64,000 bases of DNA from Longimicrobiales bacterium (GCA_965249725.1 CBDFMQ010000001.1:32001-96000), one strand, 5' to 3'. Counted from the stretch's first letter, positions 39,983 to 50,238 are shown. Translations and numbers: made by a program. Notes: a model not told the origin generated them from the letters alone.

Positions 39983-40341
39983 CAGATTGTCACCTCGAAG
40001 CTGCCCTCCGCGGTGCTCACCCGCGCCTGGAGCGAATAGAGGCGAGTCGCCGGATCGAAGCTCGACGTGACGCCCGGGACGCCCGTCACCCCGTCCACGG
40101 CCCGGATACGCGACGAGATCGCCGAGGATATGAGGCCAGAGACGGCGGGCCGCCGGAAGATTTTATCGGCGTACGGCACACCGCGCGCGGTGTCCAGGAA
40201 CCATTCGCCGCGCCAGAGCTTGAGCGTCTCGATCACGCGCTGCCGCACGTCTTCGAGCCCCGTGGCCACGCCCAAGCTAGAGCGCGAATCGAGATGAACG
40301 TCCTGTTGGTCGCCGAGAAACGCCGAGATTGTGCGTGCCAT
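39982..40341 (-). CDS. Baseplate wedge/gp25-like protein
   Basis: LKLWRGEWFLD...GVPY. Confidence 0.8.
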   Translation of the reverse strand: MARTISAFLGDQQDVHLDSRSSLGVATGLEDVRQRVIETLKLWRGEWFLDTARGVPYADKIFRRPAVSGLISSAISSRIRAVDGVTGVPGVTSSFDPATRLYSLQARVSTAEGSFEVTI

Positions 40342-40345
40342 CGTG

Positions 40346-40558
40346 CTATGTGATCCTCCCGGAAGTGAGCGGGCCGCCGTTCGGCGGACACGTGCCGGTT
40401 ACCACCGCGTCCGAGGTGAGGCGCGTGACGATCGCAGCTGCGAGCGCCTTGGCGAATTTCCGCCGGTTCGCGGTGTCTATGTCGCGATCCCCGACCGGGA
40501 ACTCGGTATCGAGTTCATCCCGAATCGCCGTCGCGAGAGTGGAAGCGTCTAACGCCAT
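40346..40558 (-). CDS. Small baseplate-region protein
   Basis: GGAG RBS; position after the spike. Confidence 0.55.
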   Translation of the reverse strand: MALDASTLATAIRDELDTEFPVGDRDIDTANRRKFAKALAAAIVTRLTSDAVVTGTCPPNGGPLTSGRIT

Positions 40559-40571
40559 GAGTTCTCCGTGC

Positions 40572-41273
40572 CTACTCCGCCAGGGTCTCTTTCGTGACGT
40601 CCGCCCCTGGCGTGAGCGGCGCAGCCGTGACGGGCGGCCCGGAGGGGCCTGCCGGTGTCGCGTGGACATGCGTGTTGTAGAGCCGCTCGACGAACTGTTT
40701 GGTCGCCAGTTCCTGCGCCACGGCTTCGCCACCGATATACACCTTCTGGTCGCTGGGCACGTCGAGCGTGATCCGGTCCCCTGTGATCCGTATGGACGCG
40801 CTCCCGTCCTCGCGCTGCAGGCTGACGCCTTCCTCCACCGCCGGGCTCACAGCCAGCTCACCCGCGCGTCCGCCCCAGCCGGGGATGAGCACCGCGTCCG
40901 TAGCCGAGATGATCCGGCCCGGCGACGGCGGCGAGGTGGCGAGCGACTGCTTGAACTCGCTCAGCCCACGGTGCGTGAAGAAGATCTGGACCGGATCTCC
41001 GGGCATGAGGCTGAAGAGCATCGTATAGCCGCCGCCGCTCGGGAAGAGGACCGGCACATCGAGAAGCGGCGCTTGGCTTAGTAGCTCGCCGCTCGATAAC
41101 CGCATCTGGAGCGCGGGCTGTACCCGCGCACGCCGGGTCGCGGCGTCGAACTGCTCGACGATCCCCGGAACCGAGGTGAGGAGCGTCTTCCTGAACTCGT
41201 CCAGCACCGACCTCAACGCGGTCGTCAGTGATCCGAAATCCGTCTCGCGGTCGATATTGCTCATCGGCTCCAC
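40572..41273 (-). CDS. Baseplate central spike (Gp138/gpV-like)
   Basis: PGIV..FD, VPV.FP.GGG, C-terminal HVH. Confidence 0.8.
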   Translation of the reverse strand: MEPMSNIDRETDFGSLTTALRSVLDEFRKTLLTSVPGIVEQFDAATRRARVQPALQMRLSSGELLSQAPLLDVPVLFPSGGGYTMLFSLMPGDPVQIFFTHRGLSEFKQSLATSPPSPGRIISATDAVLIPGWGGRAGELAVSPAVEEGVSLQREDGSASIRITGDRITLDVPSDQKVYIGGEAVAQELATKQFVERLYNTHVHATPAGPSGPPVTAAPLTPGADVTKETLAE

Positions 41274-42118
41274 TACGCTACCGGGCGGCCCTCAAGTTCT
41301 GTGTAAAAGCTCTCGCGGCGGTTGTCGCCTTCATGCGTGAGCACGACCACCTTGTGCGGTCCCGCATCCTCGGTCGCGAGCGCACGCACGTCGACCAGAT
41401 CGTCTAGCTGGACACGAGGATCGAGCAGCGTGCGTACCCGTAGCCCGTCGTCGGTCACGGTCGGCGTCTCGATCATGCCCGTCTGCTCGCTGATCTCCCA
41501 GGTGCTCGCGCCAGCCGTACGCGCACCCGAGCGTGTGAACCGGATCTGGCCGTTGTTCTCGTACATCCGCACGTTCAGCGGCGCCAGGAGTTCGCGAAGC
41601 ACGTCCGTCGTGTTGCCTGCCGCCCGATAATCGGTCTGCGTCGCGCTCTCGGGGATCGCGTCCAGTGGCCCGAACGTCAGTTCCGGTAGCGGCGGGTCGT
41701 CCTCAGAGCGGACGTTGTACGTCTCCAGCGCGTCGGCCACGATCTCGCGCACGGGTACCGAGCGCGAGTAGGTGTGGTTGAAGATCGCGGGCACGCGACG
41801 CGCCAGAAAACCGCCGACGTGGATGCGGGTGATGCGGTCGAGCTTGTCGCGCTCACGGGTCACGCGCCTTATGTCGCCGTCGAAAATGAGCGATAGGTCC
41901 ACGGACCGGGCTCCGTAGCCGACGCGAAGTTGCACGCGGCGCGCACGGTCGCGGATCTGGCGTTCGTTCGATTCGATCAGGTTGTGGATCGCTACCTCGC
42001 CCTCGGCGGGCGTGACCGTCGATTCGCGCCGAATCCTGAACTTGACGAACAGATCACGGACCTGAAGCGCGTCCCGCTCGTCGCCCACGATGACCTCAAC
42101 CTGCCGCAGGAATCTCAT
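41273..42118 (-). CDS. Baseplate hub protein
   Basis: I.NL, L.VGY, IFDG.I, TGMI.TP, H.GDNR. Confidence 0.75.
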   Translation of the reverse strand: MRFLRQVEVIVGDERDALQVRDLFVKFRIRRESTVTPAEGEVAIHNLIESNERQIRDRARRVQLRVGYGARSVDLSLIFDGDIRRVTRERDKLDRITRIHVGGFLARRVPAIFNHTYSRSVPVREIVADALETYNVRSEDDPPLPELTFGPLDAIPESATQTDYRAAGNTTDVLRELLAPLNVRMYENNGQIRFTRSGARTAGASTWEISEQTGMIETPTVTDDGLRVRTLLDPRVQLDDLVDVRALATEDAGPHKVVVLTHEGDNRRESFYTELEGRPVA

Positions 42119-42438
42119 GGGATGGCCGCCTGTTCGAGTTCCGCTTGCGATGCCCAGAACAATCGGTGCGTGCGGGTCCATGCATGGCGGCCAGGCTCGC
42201 CAGGGCCCGAGACGTGCAACTCGCCAGTGCCGGGCAACGTCTTGATGTCGCGAAGCGGCCGGCCGCCGCCGACCAAGCGCCGACCCCGAATGATCGGGAC
42301 GGCGTTCGCGGTCTCAAGGCTCAGGTACCATGCCGCCTCCGGTGGCTGCCACCATGCGCTCACCCGCACGGAGACGCCCGCAAGCCGGGTCAAGAAGCTC
42401 TGGCGCGCGTCGTCGCCCAGTGGGATGATCTCAGCCAT
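42115..42438 (-). CDS. Baseplate plug-like protein
   Basis: IPL...RQSF...L; synteny. Confidence 0.65.
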   Translation of the reverse strand: MAEIIPLGDDARQSFLTRLAGVSVRVSAWWQPPEAAWYLSLETANAVPIIRGRRLVGGGRPLRDIKTLPGTGELHVSGPGEPGRHAWTRTHRLFWASQAELEQAAIP

Positions 42439-42989
42439 CAGCGGCTGTGCGCTTTCGGTAGCCCGGCCGGCACCGTGGCTTTCGTGCCGCCGTCCACCGT
42501 GCTTGTCCGGTCCGTCGCCGGTCCCGACACGCGGCCCGCGCTGAAGCGTGTCGCCGTCGTGCCGACGTGGATGATCTCGCTGAGCTCTAGCGTCACACGG
42601 AGCCCGCGTGCCGTCGATTCGTTCAGCTCCGTGCGTGCCGACGTGATGATCATGTTCTGGTACGTCTTGAGCAGCGTGACCACCTCCAAGAGCTCACGTT
42701 GCTCCATCAGCGTGACGATCGTCTGCCAGGTCTCCGCTCGACGCTGGTCCGGTGTCGTGGCGTCGTCCGTGCCGGCTGCCGGGAGTCCGTCCGATACCCA
42801 ACCTTCGAGCCGCAGCTTGTCCGGCAGCTTGACCGCGTTGTCCGTCACCGAGCCGCCCGATTCGACCGGATGCTCCGTCGTCTGCAGCGATAGCTGGTGG
42901 TCCTCGGTCGGGTAGCCGTCCAGCTTGCCGACGAGCGGCGCGATCTGCGTCGATTCGACCGCGAACAGCCCGAAATCTTGATCCGCCAT
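42438..42989 (-). CDS. Dit-like/tail tube initiator protein
   Basis: TEHPVE.G..VTD.AV..P, Y.NM.I. Confidence 0.75.
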   Translation of the reverse strand: MADQDFGLFAVESTQIAPLVGKLDGYPTEDHQLSLQTTEHPVESGGSVTDNAVKLPDKLRLEGWVSDGLPAAGTDDATTPDQRRAETWQTIVTLMEQRELLEVVTLLKTYQNMIITSARTELNESTARGLRVTLELSEIIHVGTTATRFSAGRVSGPATDRTSTVDGGTKATVPAGLPKAHSR

Positions 42990-42998
42990 TGCCGTCCG

Positions 42999-45164
42999 CT
43001 ACTCGCTGCGGCCCGAGTCGTTGTCCTCAGCCACGTTCCGCCCCGCGTTCCGCCACGCATCCTCCACCGCGGAGCCGACGGCACCGGCAATCTCGTCCGC
43101 GTCCGCTCCGGTCGTGGCGTGGATAGTGACCGGAGCGTTCAGCGTCACGTTCCGCGCGCTCTGGTCGAGCGTCGTTTCCGAGTAGCTGTTCGCCGCCGCC
43201 TGTTCGGCCGCGAGCCCCGCCCCCGGCGGCAAGATCAGCGGCGGCGTCACCGGATCGCGAAGCATGTCCAGCACGAGTTGTTCACCTGGCGACCACTCCT
43301 CTTCGCCGGCTTCGATACGGCGGAGACGCCTGCGCCGCTCAGTCTTTTCCTGAATCCCTTTCGTATTCAGCTCCGCACGGGTCCCAGCCTCACCCCATCG
43401 GTCCAATACGTCGCCGGCCCCACCGAACAGATCCCCCAGCCAACGACCCAAGGCCGTGCCCGATAGCAAGTCCATAAAGTCGAACCACCAGCCCTTGAGC
43501 ACCTCCAGTACGTAGCCCACCTGCGCAAGCACCCATTTACCCATCCCATTTACGAGCTTCTTGAAACCCTCCGACTTCATGTAGAGCAGCACGAGCGCAG
43601 CGATGAGCGCGAGTATCCAACCCACGAGCGGAATACTGAAAATGGCACCCTTGATCGCGGTCGCGAGGACCCCAAAGGCGGCGCCAAGCCCGGGCAAGGT
43701 TGTTGCCGTCGAGACTGCTGCCGCCTCGAAAAAGAACAAAGACCTCGCGGCCATCATCGTGCGCGGCCCCAGTCCCACCAGTGCGCGCCCGGCACCTGTC
43801 ATGAGATTGCGCCAGGTTGCGCGATTAAACACCTTCATCAACACACGCCCGAACCCCCGAATAAGCCCTCTGACCCTCAGGATTCCGATGCCCAGTAGAG
43901 TGTGCCTAAGCGCCAGGTTACGCGTCGTACCGGATGCCACACGCATGGCCGCTATCGTGCCCCAAAGCCCCAAGCTGAGGCCCTTGAACGGTCCGATCAT
44001 CGTTACGGTCTGGAGTGCGGCGAACGCGATCACGACCCGCTGAATCGTGTCGGGCAGCAGGTTGAACCCACGTAGCAGCGGCTTGATCGCTTTATCGTAG
44101 AACCATATCAGGTCGGTCTTTAGGTTGTTGATCGTCTCTACCCATACGAACCATCCGCTCTTCCTGACCGCTGCCATCGCGCGCGCCAGGTTCTCCGCGT
44201 CTTCGGGCATGTCCGCGAGGATGCCGCGGTACGCGTCCTGGTTCGCTCCCACGTCGAGCACAAACCCAATCGCCTCTTCGGACTCGAAGATCTTCTTGAG
44301 CTTCTCGGTATCGATACGGCCGTCATCCATGCGCAGGCGCTCGGTGACGTGGATCACCGTCTCAAGGAGCCCCTCCTGGTCGGCCATATCACGCAGCTCG
44401 ACCGTAGACATGCCGAGCCCCTCTTCCTCGTCCGCGATGAGTTTCTTGCCTTGCTCGGTCGGTGCCAGGAGCTTGTTCATTGCGGCCTTGATGCCGGTCG
44501 TGACCCTCGGCACGTCGAGGCCCGTGCGCGTATAGCCTGCAATCGCCGCGCCGAGTTCTTTGAATTCGACCCCGAGCTGGCCTGCGGTCGAGAGTAGCTG
44601 CGGCATCTGTTGGGAGAGCGCACCCACGTCTTTGATGTTTCCGGCGCGCACGGTCTCAAGCATCTGCGCGACGGCCTTCTCGGCCGTCAGCGTATCGGAG
44701 CCGAACACGTTCAGTGCGCCACCGGCGAGCAGCGCGATGTCCTGAACGTTCCCGAGTTCGATCGCGCCCCCCTTCGCCGCCGCGCCCATCGCGTCTAGCG
44801 CATCGGCCTGATTGAGCCCCGCCGAGCGCAGCGAGAAGAAGGAGTCGGCCAGCTTGTCCAGCGCGACGCCCGTCTCCCTGGAGAGTTCTCGTGCGCGAGC
44901 CTTACCTTCCTCGATCTCTGCGTTCGATAGTTCGAGCTGGGTCCTGAGCTTGGTGAACGAGCGTTCGGCCTTCATGCCGACACCGACGCTTGCGACGCCG
45001 ACGGCGCCGAGCACGGTCGCCATGCCGCGACCGACGTGGGCCAGATCGGCGCGCAACCGTTTCGATGAGTCCCGGATCTGCTTGAAGCCGCGCTGAACGT
45101 TGCGCACAGCGGCGGGGTCCATGCGCGGCACGTAGCGTGTGATCAGTTCGTCAATGACCGCCAC
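42999..45164 (-). CDS. Tail tape measure protein
   Basis: Helical Ala/Gly-rich with hydrophobic segments; follows the chaperone. Confidence 0.9.
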   Translation of the reverse strand: MAVIDELITRYVPRMDPAAVRNVQRGFKQIRDSSKRLRADLAHVGRGMATVLGAVGVASVGVGMKAERSFTKLRTQLELSNAEIEEGKARARELSRETGVALDKLADSFFSLRSAGLNQADALDAMGAAAKGGAIELGNVQDIALLAGGALNVFGSDTLTAEKAVAQMLETVRAGNIKDVGALSQQMPQLLSTAGQLGVEFKELGAAIAGYTRTGLDVPRVTTGIKAAMNKLLAPTEQGKKLIADEEEGLGMSTVELRDMADQEGLLETVIHVTERLRMDDGRIDTEKLKKIFESEEAIGFVLDVGANQDAYRGILADMPEDAENLARAMAAVRKSGWFVWVETINNLKTDLIWFYDKAIKPLLRGFNLLPDTIQRVVIAFAALQTVTMIGPFKGLSLGLWGTIAAMRVASGTTRNLALRHTLLGIGILRVRGLIRGFGRVLMKVFNRATWRNLMTGAGRALVGLGPRTMMAARSLFFFEAAAVSTATTLPGLGAAFGVLATAIKGAIFSIPLVGWILALIAALVLLYMKSEGFKKLVNGMGKWVLAQVGYVLEVLKGWWFDFMDLLSGTALGRWLGDLFGGAGDVLDRWGEAGTRAELNTKGIQEKTERRRRLRRIEAGEEEWSPGEQLVLDMLRDPVTPPLILPPGAGLAAEQAAANSYSETTLDQSARNVTLNAPVTIHATTGADADEIAGAVGSAVEDAWRNAGRNVAEDNDSGRSE

Positions 45165-45410
45165 GGTGCTTCCTCTTCGCGTCGCGTCTGGCCGCCTTCA
45201 TGGCCCGGTGCTCGTTCTCCGCACGGACCGCCAGTATCTCGTTCATGTTGGCGACCTCGTTCAGGGTCAGAGTCTTGAGTTCGCTGTACCGGCACAGGCC
45301 AGCACCGACGGGCGCGGCGAGGAACGGCGGGATGTTGACCGTAGCTACGCTGTCTGCTCCGTCGCCTCCGGGTCGGGGGCCCCCAAAAGGGAGGCGAGAT
45401 CTTGAAAAAA
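45151..45410 (-). CDS. -1 frame extension of the tail chaperone (gpGT/E+E'-like)
   Basis: Open -1 frame ...ATVNIPPFLAAPVGAGLCRYSELKTLTLNEVANMNEILAVRAENEHRA...; no own upstream start. Confidence 0.7.
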
Positions 45411-45806
45411 GGGGTGGAAATTGATCATGATCGTCTGTGCGAGCACGCGGTAGATCGCGGAAATGCCGAGGTTCTGAAACGCTTGTTCCTCGGAGCCGGA
45501 TAGCGGCTGAAGCGTCTGTGCCGAAGCGTTGCGGTAGGTGACCGTGCGAAACAGGTCGGCCTGGAGCTCGCGCACGAACTGCGGCCTTGCGCCCATCACC
45601 ATCTTGAACAGCGCCGCCGCCTCCGCCGTACCGTCCGTGCCAAGCTGATCAGCCCGGATACTGGCTTCCGTATTGGCGATCTCGTGCCGGATACGCTCCA
45701 GCATCGGATAGGCTTCCCACGCCGAGAGTTCGGCGAACCGGAACAGCGTGGCACCGATGGTCAGTTCGCGCTTGAGCAGCTCGGCTACTTGAATGTTGGG
45801 CAACAT
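45345..45806 (-). CDS. Tail assembly chaperone
   Basis: Between tube and tape measure; INFHPFF over CCCCTTTTTT. Confidence 0.8.
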   Translation of the reverse strand: MLPNIQVAELLKRELTIGATLFRFAELSAWEAYPMLERIRHEIANTEASIRADQLGTDGTAEAAALFKMVMGARPQFVRELQADLFRTVTYRNASAQTLQPLSGSEEQAFQNLGISAIYRVLAQTIMINFHPFFQDLASLLGAPDPEATEQTA

Positions 45807-45814
45807 GGTCTAGG

Positions 45815-46297
45815 TCAACCTCCCGATTCAACCGCTGGGAGTGATTCCTTCACACCGGGCCCGGAGAAGAAGGATACGGAGTCGTAGGTGGCAAGAATCG
45901 ACTCGAAATCGAACACGAATTCACGGGTTGCCGCGGCCGACTTGCCGAGCGTCTGGCCCGCCGGGCCCTTCTTCATGACACCGCGCTCGAAGCGCCCGGA
46001 CGCGCCGGACTGCGAGTTCGACCACGAGCCGTTGAACTCGACGCGCCCGCCCTGGATGATCTGCGCCCACTGCTGCATGAAGAACGCCGTGCTCGGCGAG
46101 TTAGCGAGCAGCTTGATCGTAACCTCGCCGCCGCGTGTCGCGGTGCTGTTCGCCAGCATCTTCCCGTCCGCGCCGCGTGTGGTCTCGTAGAGGTCAATGT
46201 CGGGCAGCGTGAACGCGTCCTCTTCATCGGCCCAGCCCTCCAGCCGGTGCCCGTTGATGCGGACGACCGTATGCTCAAGGTCAAAGAACAGACTCAT
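45815..46297 (-). CDS. Tail tube protein (DUF3277-like)
   Basis: GADG, TIKLL..SPS; follows the sheath. Confidence 0.8.
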   Translation of the reverse strand: MSLFFDLEHTVVRINGHRLEGWADEEDAFTLPDIDLYETTRGADGKMLANSTATRGGEVTIKLLANSPSTAFFMQQWAQIIQGGRVEFNGSWSNSQSGASGRFERGVMKKGPAGQTLGKSAAATREFVFDFESILATYDSVSFFSGPGVKESLPAVESGG

Positions 46298-46310
46298 GTG
46301 ACTTGCCCCC

Positions 46311-48407
46311 TTAGCTCTCGAAAACGAGGCCGATGTTTACGAAGTGGACGGCGCCCGAGCCCTTGAGCCACACGGACACGGGCGGCGCTTTACGTGCCTC
46401 GCGGTCGGCCTGCGGCTGCTCGGCAACCGGCAACACGTGCACCAGGTAGCCGTTGGACAGGAAGCCGGTGAAGTCCGGGTTGCCGGTAGCGAGGCGGATC
46501 GCGTTCGCTTGCGTCTCGGCGAGCGTACCGGGCGCTATGCCGCCGTTTCGCACACCCTGCGCGCAGATGTCCTCGGCCGCTTCCTTGAGCGCCGCGATCC
46601 CGTCATCGGTCTGCGGCACCCGGTTCGCGGAGAGGAGCGCGTTGAACAGGTTCCCCCGGATGCGGGTGACGAGCCAATCGAGGAAGACCTGCATGTCGAT
46701 CCAGCCGCCGAACGACGTGCCCTCCTGAATGATCGGCGTACCGCCGACGGTTGAGTACCAGTTGACGCCGCGCTCGCGCAGCGCCGCAGCCTGGGTTGGC
46801 GTGAGCTCGTCCGGCACCGTCCCGTACAACCGTCTGAACTTGGCCGTGATCAGCGACTGCACGCCCCCGAAGTTGACGGCACTGAACCGGGCCGCGAGCG
46901 ACACGGCTTTGTAGTCGGAGGTCCTGGACCAGATGGCCGAGGCCGACGGGCTCCCAGGGGCTGCCAGCCTGGCAATCACCGAGGTCGTATCGGCCAGCTC
47001 GAGCGCGCGCTCCTCGTGCGAATCGGCTAGAAGGAACCGATCATTGGACGCCGCCCACTCGGCGGCTTCGGCCACATCGTCGGTGTCGACGATACCTTCG
47101 GCCAACGTGACGAAGTAGAAATCGGGATCGATCTGAGCCAGGCGGTCCAGCGCCTGCGTGATCGTCTCGCTGCTCGATCCGTCGAACGTCCGCGCCCCTA
47201 CCTGAGACGACAGGCCCAGCACACGCGACTCGTCCGAGTCGGTGAACCCGGCACCGAGGTCCTGCGGCGGCACCGACACAATCAGCTTGCCATTGCTGGC
47301 GCTCACCGAGAGGCCGCCGCCCGTGATCCGCGTGACGAATGCGCTCTGGATCGCAGCCGCTACGGCTTCCAGCGTCGTGAGTCCCTTCGTGTTGATCACA
47401 AGCGACTCTGTACCGAGGAGCTCCAGCCGGAAGGGCCCATAGAGCGCGGCGACCTCCGTGTCCGTGCCGTCGCTCACCCTCACCGTGTATGCGGCCGAGG
47501 CCGGACCGACGGTGAGGACCACGATGTTCGTGCCATCGTAGAACGCGGCTTGTGAAGCCTCCGTGAGCGTGCCCGTGGCGGCTGTCGCCGCGCCCGACGT
47601 CAGGTTGAGCGTCAGGAGCTTTTGGTCCGCCTCATCGAGCGCGTAGAGCTTGTTCCCGTTGCTCACGAGCGCAACCGGGTTCGTGGCAGCGGCCCCGAGC
47701 CCCGAGCCGACTGCGGTCGCGGCCCGGGTCGTGAGCGCGAGCCTATAGAGCGTCTTGTTCGCCGCGTTGATCAGATAGACCGTGCCCGAATGGACTGCGG
47801 CACCGTCGATCGACCCGGTGACACCCGTGATCTCGCCCACGAGCGTCAACGAGTAGTCCGATGTATCGATCGAGTAGAGCGACGAGTTTGAAGCGTCGAT
47901 GACGTACAGGGTCGTACCGTCCGAGAACAGTGCTCGTGGCCGCGTGAGGCCCATCGCCGCGAGGTAGCGGGCCGCGCCGGTCGAACCGTCGACCGACCAC
48001 AGGGCACCCAGCGTCTCATCGACGAAGTAGCTCACCCCATCGTGGCGCACTGCGCCCGTGGGCGTGTGGGTGAACCCGGATAGCGCTTCGATGTCTTCGA
48101 TACTGCCCGGCTGGCCGCCGAACACGTAGCCCCTTGAGCCCGTGGGGTGGCAGGCACCCACGAGGAAGTCCTTCGGATAGGGCTGCTGCTGGAAGTAGAT
48201 GTTCGCGGCTTTCCGTGGTTCGCCGGACGGCCAGTCGTCCGCCAGGTCCTCGATCCCGGCGTAGGCCCGGATCTGCGCGTCGCGTAGCGCCTGCTCCGTG
48301 GTGTCCGGCAGGCCCGCGCAATGCAGGAAGAGCGTGCGCCCGAAATCCGCTCGGCCTCCGCCTCCCGCCACCTGCACGGCTACATTGACGATGTTTCTAA
48401 GCGACAT
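46311..48407 (-). CDS. Tail sheath (DUF3383-like) with internal beta-propeller insertion
   Basis: IVNV.V N-terminus, TAKF..L.G, DWL, VPQTD.G, GAVHFV. Confidence 0.85.
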   Translation of the reverse strand: MSLRNIVNVAVQVAGGGGRADFGRTLFLHCAGLPDTTEQALRDAQIRAYAGIEDLADDWPSGEPRKAANIYFQQQPYPKDFLVGACHPTGSRGYVFGGQPGSIEDIEALSGFTHTPTGAVRHDGVSYFVDETLGALWSVDGSTGAARYLAAMGLTRPRALFSDGTTLYVIDASNSSLYSIDTSDYSLTLVGEITGVTGSIDGAAVHSGTVYLINAANKTLYRLALTTRAATAVGSGLGAAATNPVALVSNGNKLYALDEADQKLLTLNLTSGAATAATGTLTEASQAAFYDGTNIVVLTVGPASAAYTVRVSDGTDTEVAALYGPFRLELLGTESLVINTKGLTTLEAVAAAIQSAFVTRITGGGLSVSASNGKLIVSVPPQDLGAGFTDSDESRVLGLSSQVGARTFDGSSSETITQALDRLAQIDPDFYFVTLAEGIVDTDDVAEAAEWAASNDRFLLADSHEERALELADTTSVIARLAAPGSPSASAIWSRTSDYKAVSLAARFSAVNFGGVQSLITAKFRRLYGTVPDELTPTQAAALRERGVNWYSTVGGTPIIQEGTSFGGWIDMQVFLDWLVTRIRGNLFNALLSANRVPQTDDGIAALKEAAEDICAQGVRNGGIAPGTLAETQANAIRLATGNPDFTGFLSNGYLVHVLPVAEQPQADREARKAPPVSVWLKGSGAVHFVNIGLVFES

Positions 48408-48942
48408 AGGTAATATCTCCTTGCGGTTCCCCGTTCGTCTCTAACGGGATGCAGTCATACGTGCCGATTTCGGATGCCGGGGCGGCGGTTCGGTAGCGGT
48501 ACGCGATGCTCAAATCGACGCCCGAACGCTCTTCCCAGGCCGCCGAGATCACGGCGTCGATCTGTCGCACCGGCCCGCAGCGGTTGAACGTGAACCCCAG
48601 CTCGTGCGCGTGCCGTATCCCCAGCGGGGTCGAGCACCAGAGCCGGAAGCGGTGCGCCCGCTCGCAGGAGCCCGTGCCCAGCCACTGGACCGAGTAGTCG
48701 GCCAATACGGCACCGAGCGTTGCGTCCTCTTCGCCGTCCGCGCCGTAGCGGCTGTAGGGCGTACCGTCGAGTTCGGAGGAGATCAGGGTCACCGTCGCGT
48801 ACGGCTCGTTATGAGCCGCGTGCGAGTCGTTGCCTGCAATCGCCAGGTTGCGATCCAGCCCGGAGCCCAAGGCCACGTGAGCGCGCACGGCACGCTCCAG
48901 CGTCCTCCGCGTCGGCTCGAAGTTCAACGCTCGATCTCCCAA
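48397..48942 (-). CDS. Tail terminator/neck protein
   Basis: PYATVTLI, WEER..VDL; synteny. Confidence 0.65.
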   Translation of the reverse strand: MGDRALNFEPTRRTLERAVRAHVALGSGLDRNLAIAGNDSHAAHNEPYATVTLISSELDGTPYSRYGADGEEDATLGAVLADYSVQWLGTGSCERAHRFRLWCSTPLGIRHAHELGFTFNRCGPVRQIDAVISAAWEERSGVDLSIAYRYRTAAPASEIGTYDCIPLETNGEPQGDITYVA

Positions 48943-49487
48943 GCGACCGCGGTACTCATCACGCCCTCGTCGACCAGCGGGTTCGAGCTGCCCTTGCGCT
49001 CGGCCGTGGCCGGTGCGTTCGGCGGTGTGCGCAGATCCTCGATCCGTTGCTGGATGATGTTCTTGAAGCGCTCGCCCGCGCGGGGGAGCAGCTGGTCAGC
49101 CGCCCTGTCGGGCCGTGCCGACCTGTTCGCGCGCTTCATTTCCTGTACGGCGAGCTTGCGCAGCTGGGACCGCGCGATGCGGATCGCCTGCCGGAAGAAC
49201 GGACGCTCCGGGGTGCCGGGATGCTGAACAGAGTCCGCGAAGACGGCCTTACCGCCTGAGCCTGTGAAGGCGAGTTTCTTCCCTGACTTCGCAGTGATAG
49301 TGTGCGGCTTCGTCCCGAACTCGTTGAAGTACGCGACCTCCGCCACCGACTGGCCGCCCCGGTGCGCCGGATAGCGCGCAGTACTGAAGAACCCGACCTT
49401 CACGCTTGAGCCACCTCCACGGGCCGCCCGGTCCAGGCCCAACAAGTGCTGCTTGAGCCTCGTGCCGCCCGTCGTCTTGACCGTCAT
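48924..49487 (-). CDS. Tail completion/neck protein
   Basis: VKVGF, NEFGT, PERPF.R, KGSSNPLVD.G. Confidence 0.75.
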   Translation of the reverse strand: MTVKTTGGTRLKQHLLGLDRAARGGGSSVKVGFFSTARYPAHRGGQSVAEVAYFNEFGTKPHTITAKSGKKLAFTGSGGKAVFADSVQHPGTPERPFFRQAIRIARSQLRKLAVQEMKRANRSARPDRAADQLLPRAGERFKNIIQQRIEDLRTPPNAPATAERKGSSNPLVDEGVMSTAVAWEIER

Positions 49488-49864
49488 ATGCCCTGTTCCC
49501 GTACGGCCAGCGCCTCGACGAAGCCGCCGCGTGACCAATCCATCACTTGCAGCACCCGATACTCGGTGCCCGCGTATCTCACGCGGTCGCCGTCCGTCGT
49601 CCCGGCCCGGATCGCCTTGACGGGCTGCCGGAACCAGAATCGGCGCGCATCGCTGAGTCGCGCACCCTCCGGCAACACTTCTCGCGTCTCGGCCGCGTTC
49701 TCGGCCGTCACGGGCGCGACGGTCGCCCGCACGTCCGTTTCCTCGTCCACTCCAGCTACCCACTCGCCGAACTCGTTGCGCCCACCCTCGCCTGCCCGGA
49801 TCAGCGTGACTGGCTCCGAGAAGCTCCGCTCGATGCCGCGTCCCACGTAGGGCGGCGTCCTCAT
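49484..49864 (-). CDS. Head-closure/head-tail adaptor
   Basis: GEWV.G, LPEG.R, DW..GGF. Confidence 0.7.
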   Translation of the reverse strand: MRTPPYVGRGIERSFSEPVTLIRAGEGGRNEFGEWVAGVDEETDVRATVAPVTAENAAETREVLPEGARLSDARRFWFRQPVKAIRAGTTDGDRVRYAGTEYRVLQVMDWSRGGFVEALAVREQGI

Positions 49865-50238
49865 CGGACCATGACCGATGCAAGGCGCACTCGTGGTGTG
49901 CGCGCCTCAAGCACCAGGAACCGCCGGCCGTAGGCGGTCGTCGCGAAGAACGTTTCACGACCACCCCCTTCACGGTCACCCGCCGCCACCGTTCGATACG
50001 TCGCCTGGTACGGACCGACCCGTTCGCTCGCTAGCTCGCCGAGTCCGCCGTCCGGTTGGGCTCCCGGGTCCACAGGCCCGAGCGCGAGCAGATGCGCGGC
50101 GCAGAGGCTCGTGAGCGTCGCCGTGTGATCCGAGAGCGCCCGAGCCTCCGCTAGAGCACCCTCGATCTCAGCGTCACCCCGGTCCCCGAACTCGGGATAC
50201 CGTTCACGGAACCCAACTACCGACATCTCACCGGTCAT
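49861..50238 (-). CDS. DUF4054-like head-tail adaptor
   Basis: FR..YPEF, AAHLL, T.YG..F. Confidence 0.8.
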   Translation of the reverse strand: MTGEMSVVGFRERYPEFGDRGDAEIEGALAEARALSDHTATLTSLCAAHLLALGPVDPGAQPDGGLGELASERVGPYQATYRTVAAGDREGGGRETFFATTAYGRRFLVLEARTPRVRLASVMVR

